DNA of 64,000 bases from an uncultured Planctomycetota bacterium (GTDB lineage Bacteria > Planctomycetota > Planctomycetia > Isosphaerales > Isosphaeraceae), in assembly GCA_963737655.1 (NCBI GenBank), contig CAVTTN010000002.1:5664001-5728000 (forward strand), given 5' to 3'. Shown here one piece after another: positions 1 to 11,442 of this stretch. A model generated the notes under the pieces. It was given only the letters and a program-made list of their open reading frames with translations, did no database searches and had not been told where the DNA came from. Numbering within the stretch: position 1 is the stretch's first letter; each line of letters starts with the position of its first letter. The translations under genes and the position numbers were made by a program.

Positions 1-2057
1 TGATGGCGGGCCGGATGCTCCTGCTCGCCGTCGTGGCCCTGGCCGTGGCCCGGCCGTTGTGGGAACCGAAGGCGGCCAGGGGGGGCGCGGCGGCGGCCCT
101 GGTCGTGGGTCGCGAGCCGAGGGATTATGTCTTCATCCTGGACGGCTCGGAGAGCATGGATCGGAACCTCGGCGGGGCGTCGCCGCGATCGCTGGCCCTG
201 GAGTGGGCGAAGCGGTTCGTCGCCACGCTCGGGCCCGAGGACTCGGTCGGCGTGATCGTGGCGAAGGACCGCGTCCGCCCCCTGTTCGAAGGGGCTCAGC
301 CACGACCGATCGCGGGTCGAGAAGGCCCTGGACTCGGCCCCCCCGAGCCGGGGGTCGAGCGACCTGCCCGCCGCCCTGGCCGAGGCGTTCCGCCTCCTGA
401 AATCGGGGACGAATTCCGCCTCGGAAGTGATCGTCATGACCGACGGCCAGAGGGTGCCGTGGAGGGCCGGCGAGCCGTCGCGATGGGGCCTCTTGCGAGA
501 CCTCCGGGCGGGCCTGAAGGGCCGGGCCCGAGGCTCTGGGCCATCCCGTTCGGCTCGGGCCGGGCGTCCGAGGGGGCCGACGCCTCGGTCGCCCCTCTGG
601 AGCTGGCCAGGGGCGTTTTCCCCCCGGGCGGGTCGATCGCGGTGACGACCCACGTGGCCAACGCCGGGCCGGGGCCGACGACGCGATCGGCCGAGCTCCT
701 GGTGGATGGGTCCCCGGTGGCCGGGGCGATCAGGAGCGTCGGGCCGATCCCTCCGGGCGGCAAGGTGCCCCTGGAATTCCGGGCGACGATCGCCGACCCC
801 GGCTCGCATTTGCTGACGGTCCGGCTCTCGGGCGGCGATGACCCGCTCGCCGCCAACGACCAGGCCGAGAGGCCCGTCGAGGTGGCCGAGGCCCTGCCCG
901 TCCTGATCGTCGACGGCGAGCCGGGCGTCGAGCCGCTCAGCGGAGAGTCGGACTTCCTCCGCGCCGCGCTCGCGCCGGCCGAGGACGAGGCGCCGGCCGT
1001 CCGCGCCCGGGTGGTCAAGCCGCCCGAATTCTCGGCCGAGTCCCTGAGAAATCAACGGGTTCTCGTCCTGGCGAACGTCGATCGCCTCGACCCGGCGCAG
1101 GATGCCGCGATCCGCGAGTTCCTCGCCTCGGGCGGCGGCGTCCTCGTGGCGCCCGGCGATCGCACGGATGACGATTTCTGGAATCGCACATTCTTCGACG
1201 ACGGCAAGGGCTGGATGCCCGCGAAGCTCGGCGAGGTGAAGGGGGATTTCGCGGCGAGGAAGACCGTGGCGCACCCCTCGCCCCGGACGTTCACCGGCCC
1301 CGCGCTCGGGCCGTTCTCCGGCGGGGACGCCCCCCCTCTGGGCGAGGCGGACCTGTTCGGCTATCGCGCCTTGATCCCCGCCGAGAACCCGGCGGCGGCG
1401 ACCATCGCCCGGCTCGACACCGGCGACCCGTGGGCCGTCGAGAGGCCGTGGCGATCGGGCCGGGTGATCGTTTTGGCGGGGCCCCTCGACGCCGAGGGCG
1501 GCACCCTGCCGGTCAACCCGGACTTCGTCCCGCTGGTTCATGAACTCGTGTATCGACTCGCCGACCCATCCGCCGACGCCCGGCCGTCTCGTCCCGGGGA
1601 GCCGATCCGGTTCGACCTGCCGAGGCCGCCGGGGGCCGAGGTGAACGACATCGCCGTGACCCTGCCGGGGGGCGAGAAATCGCGGGCCGCGATCGTCCGC
1701 ACCGGCGGCAAGGCCCGGGTCGAATTCGCCGACCCGGGGGAGCCGGGGATCTATCGGTTCGCCCTGCCCGGGGGGGGCGCGAAGCTCGCGGCGGTGGCCG
1801 GCGACGACCGCGAGGGCAACCCCGAGCCCCTGGCCGAGGTGGAGGCCCGCGCCCTGTCCGAAGGCTGGCCGCTGACGATCTCCGCCGACCCCGGCGCGGT
1901 CGAGGACCGGCTCTCGTCGTCCGGCCCGGCGGGCCCGCGGCCCCTGTGGAGGGGGCTGGTCCTGGCGGCGCTCGGCGGATTATGTTTGGAGGTCTGGATG
2001 ACGCGGCGGATGGTCGTCCAAAGGGGGGTGGTCGCGCCCCCGGAGGGGGACGTATGA
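1..2057 (+). CDS. BatA/vWA domain membrane protein with Ig-like (CARDB-like) and glutamine-amidotransferase-like domains; 5'-truncated, with compensating frameshifts near 292 and 525
   Basis: LALAVARP motif and MIDAS DGSESM. The vWA motif VIVMTDGQ lies in an alternative frame (427-). Also VLIVDGEP...LVLANV...GGGVLVAPG and a C-terminal TM PLWRGLVLAAL..LE. Confidence 0.75.
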   Translation, partial: MAGRMLLLAVVALAVARPLWEPKAARGGAAAALVVGREPRDYVFILDGSESMDRNLGGASPRSLALEWAKRFVATLGPEDSVGVIVAKDRVRPLFEGAQPRPIAGREGPGLGPPEPGVERPARRPGRGVPPPEIGDEFRLGSDRHDRRPEGAVEGRRAVAMGPLARPPGGPEGPGPRLWAIPFGSGRASEGADASVAPLELARGVFPPGGSIAVTTHVANAGPGPTTRSAELLVDGSPVAGAIRSVGPIPPGGKVPLEFRATIADPGSHLLTVRLSGGDDPLAANDQAERPVEVAEALPVLIVDGEPGVEPLSGESDFLRAALAPAEDEAPAVRARVVKPPEFSAESLRNQRVLVLANVDRLDPAQDAAIREFLASGGGVLVAPGDRTDDDFWNRTFFDDGKGWMPAKLGEVKGDFAARKTVAHPSPRTFTGPALGPFSGGDAPPLGEADLFGYRALIPAENPAAATIARLDTGDPWAVERPWRSGRVIVLAGPLDAEGGTLPVNPDFVPLVHELVYRLADPSADARPSRPGEPIRFDLPRPPGAEVNDIAVTLPGGEKSRAAIVRTGGKARVEFADPGEPGIYRFALPGGGAKLAAVAGDDREGNPEPLAEVEARALSEGWPLTISADPGAVEDRLSSSGPAGPRPLWRGLVLAALGGLCLEVWMTRRMVVQRGVVAPPEGDV

Positions 2058-2114
2058 TGGTCCCTCCCATCGCTCGCGCGGGAGCGATCGCACCCCCCCC
2101 TCGGGAGCCCGGAG

Positions 2115-2555
2115 ATGGCCCAGGACAACCCGTATCGACCGCCTTCGACCGGCCAGGACCAGGCCCGCCCCGGGCTCGCGACCGACGGCCTGGCGCGGGT
2201 CTGGAAGAGTCGCAAGCGGTACAGCCTCGTGCTGGTGCTCGGGTTCCTCGTGGGATTGCTGATGGTCGTCCCCCTGCCGCCGCTGGGCCTGGCCGTCTGC
2301 GTGATGTGCCTGCTCCTGCCGATCCAGTTGAAGCTCGGGGACGACGGCCGGGTCGGGTTCAAGAGCTTCCTCCGGACGCGCTGGGTCCGGCCCGATCAGA
2401 TCGCCGGCATCGGCTTCCTCAAGAGGAGGAAGCGGGGGACGGTCCACCTCCTCCCCAAGGGCCGGATCGTCTTCTACCGCTATTTCCCCGAGTTCGACGA
2501 CTTCCTCGCCACTCTCAAGAGGCTGAACCCGTCGTTCCAGTACGTCGAGGGCTAG
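2115..2555 (+). CDS. hypothetical membrane protein (2 TM)
   Basis: NPY motif at N-terminus, hydrophobic hairpin, GGAG RBS, typical codon usage. Confidence 0.6.
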   Translation: MAQDNPYRPPSTGQDQARPGLATDGLARVWKSRKRYSLVLVLGFLVGLLMVVPLPPLGLAVCVMCLLLPIQLKLGDDGRVGFKSFLRTRWVRPDQIAGIGFLKRRKRGTVHLLPKGRIVFYRYFPEFDDFLATLKRLNPSFQYVEG

Positions 2556-2712
2556 GGCGTCTCGGGCGACCGGCGGGCCTCCTCGGCCGTTCCGCGAGAG
2601 GGCGCGACCTCTCGGGCGTCGGACCCTGGCCGGTGGGCCGGGTCGATGTCGAGCGAATCGGTGGCGGGGTCGTCGTGGGATCGCGTCGTTCGACTCCGCA
2701 GGGGGGCCGCCG

Positions 2713-5106
2713 ATGATCGTCCTGGCGTTGGATCTGCCCGGGGGCCGGCTGGTCCTGGCCGGGCTGGGCCGGTGGGGCGTGTGGCTCGCCGCCGGGGCGG
2801 TGGCGGTCGGGCTGATCCTGCTCCTCTATCGCTACGAGCGGAAGCTCGTCTCGAGGAGGGCCGGGCTCGCCCTGCTGACGCTCCGGCTCGGCGCGGCGGC
2901 GGCCCTGGTCGCCGCGTTGTTCGAGCCGATCGCGGCCCGGACGTTCCGCGAGGCCGTCCGGGGCCGGGTAATCCTGGGCGCGGACCTCTCCGAGAGCATG
3001 GCCACGATCGACCCCGGGCGATCCCCCGAGGCGAAACTGGCCCTGGCCAAGTCGCTCGACCTGAAATCGACCGAGGAGGCCGACGGCCTGTCTCGCCGCG
3101 AGGTCGCCCGGCGGTTGCTCTCGGGCGCCTGGCCGAAGGGGATCGAGGCGGCCCACGAGGTCGAGGCCGTGGGCTTCGCCCGCGACCCCTCGGGCGATGG
3201 CTCCGTCGCCGATCTCGCGAAGCTCCTGAAGCCGCCGGAGACGCCCGACGCCCCCGACCGGCTCGCCACCGACTGGGCCCCCATCCTCGAAAAAGCCCTG
3301 AAGGACGGCCCGGCGCCGGTCGTGGGCGTGATCCTCTTGACCGACGGCCGGCAGAACGGGCCCGACCCCTCCGCCGCCCTGGCCGACAAGCTCGCCGCCC
3401 GCGGGATCCCGGTCTATCCCGTCCTGATCGGCTCGACCCGCCCGCCGATCGACGCCGCGATCGCCGCCGTGAAGGCGCCCGAGCGGGTGTCGAAGGGGGA
3501 CGTGGCCGACGTGGAAGTGACGGTCAAGATCGACGGCCCCCCGGCGGGCGCGGAGGTCGTCGTCACCCTCGATCGCCAGGGCGAATCGCCGATGAAGAAG
3601 GCGGTGCGCGTCCCGGGCGACGGCTCCCGCCCGGTCGTCGCGTTCCGGGTGCCGATGGACTCGGCCGGCTCGCAGAGCCTGGCCGCCGCCGTGGGGCCCA
3701 TCGATGGCGACATCCGCCCCGACAACGACCGCCGGCCGTTCTCCGTCGAGGTCACCGACGACCGCGCCCGCGTCCTGCTGGTCGACGCCGAGCCTCGCTG
3801 GGAATTCCAGTATCTCCGCAACGCCCTGGCGAGAGATCCTCACGTGACGGTGGAGGCGATCGTCCTCCGCCAGCCGGCCATGCCCGGCGGCGAGACCACG
3901 TACAAGACGGCCCTGCCCGCGCGGCCCGACTCCTCATCCAGGGAGCCCGATCCGCTCGGCTCCTATGACGTGATCATCCTTGGCGATCTCGGACCGGACG
4001 ACCTCTCGGCCGACGCCTGGACCCGGCTGGCCGCGTTCGCCGACGTCCGCGGGGGGACCCTGGTGATCGCCTCGGGGCCCCGGTCGCTGGCGACCCTCAC
4101 CGGGCAGGAGACGGTCAGGAAACTCCTGCCGGTGCTCGACCCGAGGCCGGCGACGATCGACCCCAACGCGGTCGATCCGGCCCATCCGACGCTCCCCCCG
4201 GGCGCGGCGATCCTGCCCTCGACGACCGCCTCGGCCGAATCGTGGCCGATGCTCCGGTTCGCGGCCGAGCCCGAGCGGAGCCTGGAAATCTGGAAGGGCC
4301 TGCCCAGGCTCCCGCTCGCCCTGGTGGGCAAGGCGAAGCCGCTGGCGACCCCCCTGGCCATGCTCGCGACCGACGAATCGGCCGTGGCGATCGCCGCCCA
4401 GCCGTTCGGCCTGGGGAAAGTGCTGTGGGTCGGCGGCGAGACGTGGCGATGGCGGTATCGCGTCGGAGATACCTATCATCATCGGTTCTGGGGCCAGGTC
4501 GTCCGGTGGGCGAACGCCGCGAAGCTCGCCGTGGGCAATTCGCTCGTGAGGTTCGGCCCGACCAGGCCGAAGGTGGGCGAGGGCGCGGCCTCGACGATCC
4601 GCGCCCAGTTCGCCGACGACGCGGCGAACGTCGGGCCCGACCTGCTCGTCGCCGCCCGGGTCTTCAAGAAGGGGAAAGACGGCCGGGCCGAGGGCGAGGC
4701 CGTCGCCGTGGTCCCGCTGAGGCCCCGGAGCGACCAGCCCCGGACGTTCGAGGCCGACGCCCCGGGCCTCCCCGCCGGGTCGTACCTCGTCCGCCTGGAA
4801 GTCCCGCAATTCGGCGCGAATTCCCCGAAGGAGGAAGCGGCCCTGGAAATCACGGCGAGGGACACGCCCGAACGGATCGAGCTGGCCGCCGACCGCGACC
4901 CGCTCGACCGCCTGGCCTCGGCCACCGGAGGCCGGGTCTTCACCGAAACCGACCTCGACGCATTGCCCGGCCTGCTCCGGGGGCGTACCCTGGAACGGGT
5001 GCGAACCGAGGAGACCTCCTTATGGGACCGCCCCTGGGCCCTCGGCCTCTTCTTCGCGATCCTGGGCCTGGAATGGGTGCTGAGGAAGAGGGCGGGTTTG
5101 CCGTGA
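2713..5106 (+). CDS. vWA domain / glutamine amidotransferase-like membrane protein
   Basis: DLSESM MIDAS, LLTDGRQN, VLLVDAEPRWEFQYLRNAL, ETWRWR...RFWGQ, C-terminal EWVLRKRAGL. Confidence 0.8.
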   Translation: MIVLALDLPGGRLVLAGLGRWGVWLAAGAVAVGLILLLYRYERKLVSRRAGLALLTLRLGAAAALVAALFEPIAARTFREAVRGRVILGADLSESMATIDPGRSPEAKLALAKSLDLKSTEEADGLSRREVARRLLSGAWPKGIEAAHEVEAVGFARDPSGDGSVADLAKLLKPPETPDAPDRLATDWAPILEKALKDGPAPVVGVILLTDGRQNGPDPSAALADKLAARGIPVYPVLIGSTRPPIDAAIAAVKAPERVSKGDVADVEVTVKIDGPPAGAEVVVTLDRQGESPMKKAVRVPGDGSRPVVAFRVPMDSAGSQSLAAAVGPIDGDIRPDNDRRPFSVEVTDDRARVLLVDAEPRWEFQYLRNALARDPHVTVEAIVLRQPAMPGGETTYKTALPARPDSSSREPDPLGSYDVIILGDLGPDDLSADAWTRLAAFADVRGGTLVIASGPRSLATLTGQETVRKLLPVLDPRPATIDPNAVDPAHPTLPPGAAILPSTTASAESWPMLRFAAEPERSLEIWKGLPRLPLALVGKAKPLATPLAMLATDESAVAIAAQPFGLGKVLWVGGETWRWRYRVGDTYHHRFWGQVVRWANAAKLAVGNSLVRFGPTRPKVGEGAASTIRAQFADDAANVGPDLLVAARVFKKGKDGRAEGEAVAVVPLRPRSDQPRTFEADAPGLPAGSYLVRLEVPQFGANSPKEEAALEITARDTPERIELAADRDPLDRLASATGGRVFTETDLDALPGLLRGRTLERVRTEETSLWDRPWALGLFFAILGLEWVLRKRAGLP

Positions 5107-5118
5107 GGGGAACGTCCG

Positions 5119-5313
5119 GTGAAAGTGCGCGAGGTCCTCGAGCTCGTGGAGAGGGATGGGTGGATCCTGGTCGCGACTCGGGGCAGCCATCGTCAATACA
5201 AGCATCCGACGAAGCCGGGGCGGGTGACGATCGCCGGCAAGCCCTCCGAGGACCTGGCTCCCGGGACTCTGATCAGCATTTTGAAACAGGCCCAGATCGC
5301 GGGGATTCCCTGA
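5119..5313 (+). CDS. hicA: type II TA HicA family mRNA interferase toxin
   Basis: 64 aa, GW...RGSHRQYKHP..PGRVTIAG...LAPGTL.SILKQA. Confidence 0.92.
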   Translation: MKVREVLELVERDGWILVATRGSHRQYKHPTKPGRVTIAGKPSEDLAPGTLISILKQAQIAGIP

Positions 5314-5522
5314 TGCGTTACGCCGTGGTGATCGAAAAGGCCGAAGGGAACTATTCGGCCTATGTGCCGGACCTCCCGGGCTGCGTGGCCACGGGCACGA
5401 CCGTCGAGGAAGTCGAGCGAGAGATCCGCGAGGCGATCGCCTTCCACCTGGATGGCCTCCGCGAAGATGGCGCCCAGATCCCCGAGCCGATGAGCCTCTG
5501 CGAATATGTTGAGATCTTCTGA
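5313..5522 (+). CDS. hicB: type II TA HicB family antitoxin (short form)
   Basis: MRYAVVIEK...YSAYVPDLPGCVATGTTVEE...EAIAFHL; TGATG overlap with hicA. Confidence 0.92.
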   Translation: MRYAVVIEKAEGNYSAYVPDLPGCVATGTTVEEVEREIREAIAFHLDGLREDGAQIPEPMSLCEYVEIF

Positions 5523-5582
5523 CGCCTCAAGCCCTCCGGTCTTCCCGATCAAGATTTCCTCCCCGGCGACGGAGCACCGCCC

Positions 5583-8500
5583 ATGACGACCGTTCCGATC
5601 GACGCCCGCTCTCTGCCCCGGCCGATCCGCGCCGGCCTGGGGCGGATCGACCGCCGGATTCGCGTCCTGGCCTTCGTCCGGGGGATCGGGGTGACGGCCC
5701 TGGTCCTGGCGTTCGTCGCCGCCCTGGGGATGGCCGTCGATTTCGCGTTCGCGATGCCCCTGGCCGCCCGGTGGGGGATCTGGGGCGCGTGGGTCGGCCT
5801 CGGCTCGCTGACCCTGCTGATTGCGGCCCTGGTGCCCCTGTTCCGGGGGCGGTCGTTCGATGACCTCGCCGCCGTGGCCGAGTCGGGGCATCCCGAGCTG
5901 GGCGAGAGGCTGACCAGCGCGGTCGACCTCCTCGGCCGCCGAGGGGCCTCCCACGGCTCGCCCGCGATGATCGCCGAGCTGGCCGAGCAGGCGTCGGCGA
6001 AGGCAAGGGCGGCGAACCTGGGCGACTCGGTCGAGGCCGGCGGGGCGATCGGCCGATTCCTGGCCGGAGCCTTGCTCGCCGCCCTCGTGATCGCCCCGGC
6101 GTTCGTCCGGCCCGACCCGTTCGAGGCGATCGGCCGGCGGTTCCTGATGCCCTGGGCCGACGTCGCCCGGGTCGGCCGGTTCGTCGTCGAGGTCAGCCCC
6201 GGCGATTCGGTCGTCGCGATCGGCTCCGACGTCGCGTTCTCGGCCACGCTCCGCCCGAGATTCGGGTCGGTCGCCCCGACCGAGCGGGCGGCCCTCGAAT
6301 GGGTCGGCGCGGACGGCCTGACGCATCGCGCCACGATGACCACGGCCGAATCGCCCGACTCGGCGTCCCGGAGCTTCCGCCTGGTCCTGCCGCGTCTCGG
6401 CGAGACGATCCGCTATCGCGTCGTCACCGACTCGGCCGACTCGAACCGCCACCGGATCGAGGCCATCGAGCCGCCGAGCGTGGCGAAGATCGTCGCGAAG
6501 GTCACGCCGCCCCCCTACACGAAGCTGGCCCCGACCGTGGCGAAGAACCCGGCGAGGATCGAGGCGTGGGAAGGATCGAATCTCGACCTGAGCATTTCCA
6601 CGAAACTGCCGATTGCGTCGGCGAAGCTGGTCTGGCCGGCGCCGCCGTCGTCCCGATCGGCCGAGGAGGCGTCGCGATCGGTCGCCCTGAAGACGTCCGA
6701 CGGGGGCAGGACGTGGACGGCGACGGTCCCGGCGGAGGTCTCGGGCCCTTACACGTTCGCTCTCGAAGATCCTCACAAGATCACCAATCGCCCCGAGCCG
6801 CCGCGAAGGCTCGTGGTGAGGCCCGACGCCCCGCCCTCGGTCGCCCTGGGCGGCCCCGACGAGCCGAGGGACGCCCGGCCCGATGACGTGATGGTCCTGG
6901 GCGTCGGGGCCCGCGACGACCTGGCCGTGACCACGTGCGAATTGCTCTATCAAATCGACCGCGCGAAGTCCTCGGGGGCCGATTCGGGGGCCGTGAAGGT
7001 GCCGCTCGACGGCCTCGGGACCAGGAATGCGCGCGGCGATGCGGCGCTGGTGCTGAAGTCCCTGGACGTGGGCCCGGGAGACGTCATCACGTATCGCATC
7101 CGGGTCACGGACAGCCTCCCCCCGCCGAAGGGGCCGAACGAGGCGACCTCGCCGCCGAGAATCCTCAAGATCGCCGAGGGCGCCGAGCCGTTGGCCTCTC
7201 GCGACCGCTCGGCGGAGCGCGAGGGGCTCCAGGAGCAGTTGGACGCGATCAAGAAGCTCGCGGCCGAGAACCGGCAGGGGGCCGAGGCCCTGCGGTACGC
7301 GGCCGACGCCGCCCTCCGGGGCAGCGGGCCGTGGGACGCGGGCCGCAAGGAGGCCCTGGACGCCCGGGAGGCCGCCGCCCGAGAGGTCGTGGACAAGCTC
7401 CACGTCCTCGCCCGCGACCTCGCCGAATCGGACGTGTTCGCCCCCCTGGAACGGCCGGCCCGGCAGGTCGCGGACGTCGAGGCGGAGGGCGGCCGTCAGA
7501 GCCTCGACGGCGCCCGACGGGCCGACGACCCGGCGAAGCGGCTCGGCGAGCTCCGCCAGGCCGACGACCGCCTCACGGCCGTCCAGCGACGCCTGGACGA
7601 GATCCAGAATCGCTTCAATGAGCTCGCGAGGGTCGAGGAGGACCGCCGCCGGCTCAGGCAGCTCGCCGAGAGGCAGGAAGTCCTCGCCGACCAGGCCGAG
7701 AAGCTCGCCGACGCCGGCCATCGCGAGGCCCTCGAACGGCTCCGCCAGGAGCAGGACCGGCTGAGGAACGAGGTGGACGAGATCGCCAGACGGTCGCCCG
7801 CCCTCAAGGCCGAGGCCCTGGCGACCCAGGCGAAGCAGGCCGACGACCTCGCCCGACGGGCCCGCCAGCTCGCCGAGAACCAGCGAGAAGAAGCCCGCCG
7901 GACCGCCGATCCGGCCGCCCGCGTGGACAAGCTCCGCGCCCTGGCCGAACGGCAGAAGCAGCTCGAGGACGACGCCCGGAGGCTGGCCATGAAGGTCGAT
8001 CGCCCCCTCGGCGAGAACGGCCGGGCCGGGCTCGATCCGTCCCCCCTGGCCCGAGCCGTCGAGCCCCTCGAACGCGGGGAGGTCGAGCAGGGCCGGCAGA
8101 GGCTCCTGGAGGCCGAGGACGCGCTCCGCCGGCTCTCGCGAGACCTCGAAGACGTCGCCGACGACCCGAAGGCCCTGGCCCGCCGCCTCGCTCGTCGCCA
8201 GGAAGAGGTGAACAATCAAGCCCATCAGGCGCGAAACGACCGGAACAATCCCGCCCCCCTGGCCGACCGCCTGAAACCCCTCCAGCAGCGTGAGGAGGCG
8301 ATCGCCAGGCTCGTCGCGGCGATCCCCGCGCCCGATCCGGCGAAGAACCAGGCGAACGAGGCCGCGAAGGCCACCGCCCGGGTCGCCGAGGACCTCAAGG
8401 GGGACCGCTCCCCCCAGGCCCAGGAGCGGGGCAACGCGGCCAAAGACGCCCTGAACCGCCTGGCCGACGCCCTGCCCGACCGCAACGCCCAGCTCGCCCA

Positions 8501-11338
8501 GACGGTCAACCGGATGAACGAGGCCAGGGCCCGGACGCAGTCCGTCTCGGCCGAGCTCGAGGACCTCCTCCGCCAGACCGCCCCCCGGCCCGACCCGAAC
8601 TTCGACCCCGAGAAGGCGGCCCGGGAGCTGGCCCAGCGGGTCTCCGCGCTCGCCGACAGGCAGGACGAGGCCGTCCGCATCCTCGCCGACCTCCCGGCCG
8701 ACCGCCGGACCGACGCCCAGAGGGAACGGGCCCTGGCCCGGGGCCGCGACCTGGCCGACGCGCTCGACGACCTCCGCGACGCCGCCCCGGCCGAGTCGAA
8801 GGCCGCCGAAGGGAAGGCCGCCGACGAGTGGCGAGTCCTCGGCGCCTTCGACGGGATGAGGCCCAATCCGCCCTTCGCCGTCGATCGGCCGATCGACCTC
8901 AAGGCCGCCTTCGAGGGTCGCAAGGGCTCGCACCCGACCTGGAGGCCGGTGAAGCCCGAGGCGGGCGGCCTGATCAACCTCGGGCAAATATATTCACGCG
9001 AGGACATGCAGTGCGCCTACGCGGCGGCCGAATTCGTCAGCCCGTCGAAGGGGAAGGGACGCCTGCTGATCGGCTCGGATGACGGGATCACGATCTGGCT
9101 GAACGGGAAGCAGGTCTTCGACCTGAACGCGTCGCGGTCCCACGCGGCGGGGCAGGATCGCGCGGACGTCGAGTTCCGCGAAGGCCCGAATCAGGTGCTC
9201 ATCCGTTGCAGCAATGGCAACGGCGAATGGATGTTCTCGGTCACGGCCGAGACGCCCAGGCCGAGCGAGCTGGCGAGGGCGACGGAGCGGGTCCAGCGGA
9301 TCCGCGAGGCCCTGCCGGCGACGAAGAGGGACGCGGTCGCCTCGATCGAACGGCTCGCGCAGAAGCTCGAGAACCGCGAGCCGGCCGACGACCGCGCGGC
9401 GGAGATCGCCGAGGCCCTGAAGCGGGAGCCGAAGGACGTCCCGCCCGCCGACGCGATGAGGCAGGCCGCGTCGGAGCTCCGCGAGCTCAAGGCCGACGAC
9501 GCCGCGCCCGAGAGGGCCGAGGCGATCCGCCGGGCCGAGCGAGCGGCCCGGCCCGAGGCGACTCCCCGGGACCGCCAGGCCGCCGCCCAGGCCGCCGAGG
9601 CCCTCGCCCGGCGGCTCTCGGGCGAGATCACCCCGGCCCAGGCGGCCCAGGCGCTCGCTCGGGCCGAGGAAGGCCTGAACGCGCCCGAGGCGAACCGCGA
9701 CGCCGAAGCGGCCATGCAGGTCCAGAGGGCCATCGCCGAGCGGGCCGCCGCCCTGCCCGAGAACGCCGAGGAACGGGCCGCCGCCGCGGCCACGAATCAG
9801 GCCGCCGCGATGGCCGAGAACGTCGCGAGGCGGCCGGACCTCGCCCCCTCTCCCGAACGGATGGCCGCCGCCCGGACCAGGGCGGCCGAGGCGCTCGACG
9901 CCCTGGCCCGCCGCCAGGAGCCGGCGTCTCCGGTCGTCGATCTGCCGAAAAATGCCCCGCCCCGGGCCCAGGCCGAGGCCCTCGCCGCCCGTCAGCGAGA
10001 GCTGGCCAACGAGGCGAAGGCCCTGGCCGAGAAGGCCGCGGCGATCCCCAGGGACGACAAGGCCGCCAGGGCCAGGGCCGACGCCGACCTCGCCGCGATC
10101 GCCCCGAGGCAAGAGGCCCTGGCCGACGCCGCCCGGGCCCTCGCCGACACCCACCCGGCCCGGTCCGACGCCCACCGCCAGGCCGAGACGCGTCGAGACG
10201 ACGCGAGGAAGGCCCAGGCGCAGGCCCTCGGCGCCATGACCGGCGCCGCCCCGAGCCGGGCCGCCGATCGAGCCAACGCGGCGGCCGAGGCGCTCGATCG
10301 GCTCGCCCAGGCGCTCCCCGATCACGCCCCGGACCCCGCCCGGGCCCGAGGGGACGCCGCCCCGCCCGACCCCGAGCTCGGCCTCGGCCCGAGACGGCCG
10401 AGGCCGCCCGCGACCTCGCCCGCCGCGAGAGGCAGATCCGCCAGGAGGTCCAGGCCGCCCTGGCCGAGCGGGTCGCCCCCCAGGAGAAGCTCCGCGACGA
10501 GGCCGCCGCCCTGGCCCGGGCCCTGGCCGGGCTCCGCGACGCGACCCGGGAGATCAGCCCCCGGGCCCACGGACCGGCCAACGCCGGGGCCGAGATCATG
10601 AGAGGGCAGGCCGTCCCCGAGATGGCCCGGGCCGGCGAGCAGCTCCACGCCGGCCACATGGAGCAGGGCCGAGACGCCCAGAGGCGATCGGCCGAGACCG
10701 TCGAGCGCGTCGCCCAGCAGGCCGAGGACACCGCCAACGCCCTCCGCGCCGACGCCCCGGCCGACGCCGCGATGGCCCAGGCCGGAGGGGCGCCCCACGA
10801 AGGCCAGGGCCAGGGCGAAGGCGAAGGCCACGCACCGGGCGAGGGCAAGCCCGACCTGACCTCCGCCCGCGAGGCCCAAAGGGCCGCCTCGAAGGGGCTG
10901 GCCGAGGCCCGCGAGGCGGCCGGCTCGCCGTCGCCGTCGGGATCGGCCTCGGCCTCGGCCGACGCGACCAAGGCCGCGTCCTCGGCGATGAGGCAGGCCG
11001 CCCAGGGCTTGCGGGCCGCCTCGGCGACGCCCTCTCGGGGGCGCGGCAAGCCCTCGGCGGAGCGCGGCGAGCCCCACATCGGCCAGGCGGAACCCTCGTC
11101 CAACCCCGACCCCCAGGGGACCGAGGCGGGCCGCGACGATCCCCATCTCGCCGAGCTGAAGGAGCAGATCAAGGCCCGGACCGGCCGCAACTGGGGCGAG
11201 CTCCCGGGCCACCTCCGCTCGGAGATCCTCCAGATGTCCCAGGGCCGTTATCGCGACGACTACGCCCGGCTGATCGGCCTCTACTTCCGCGAGATCGCCG
11301 CCGGGAAGGACGCCCCGGAGACCGGGCGGAAGCCGTGA
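5583..11338 (+). CDS. giant DUF4175-like membrane-anchored coiled-coil protein; frameshift near 10395
   Basis: N-terminal TMs, HPELGERLTSAV, Ig-like region (PDAPPSV, GARDDLAV), long Ala/Glu/Arg/Gln helical region. C-terminus WGELPGHLR...YARLIGLYFREIA lies in a second frame. Confidence 0.75.
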
Positions 11339-11395
11339 ACCGGCGAGGGCCGACCCACCTTCTGTGGACCGAAACCTGTCGGGCGGGCCCGGGAC

Positions 11396-11419
11396 GGCAG
11401 GCCGAGGCCTGCCCTTACG
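11396..11419. repeat. solo copy of the GTAG-type REP palindrome GGCAGGCCGAGGCCTGCC
   Basis: Identical palindromic core to the doublet at 22926-22985. Confidence 0.6.
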
Positions 11420-11442
11420 TGAATTCTTGCGGATAGGCGATC

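Noticed and set aside
5193..8987. Very long antisense or alternate-frame ORFs (also 30128-34312, 44235-47903, 14325-17312, 51494-54475)
   Set aside because: These are shadow ORFs caused by high GC. They are Arg/Gly/Pro-rich and overlap well-supported genes.
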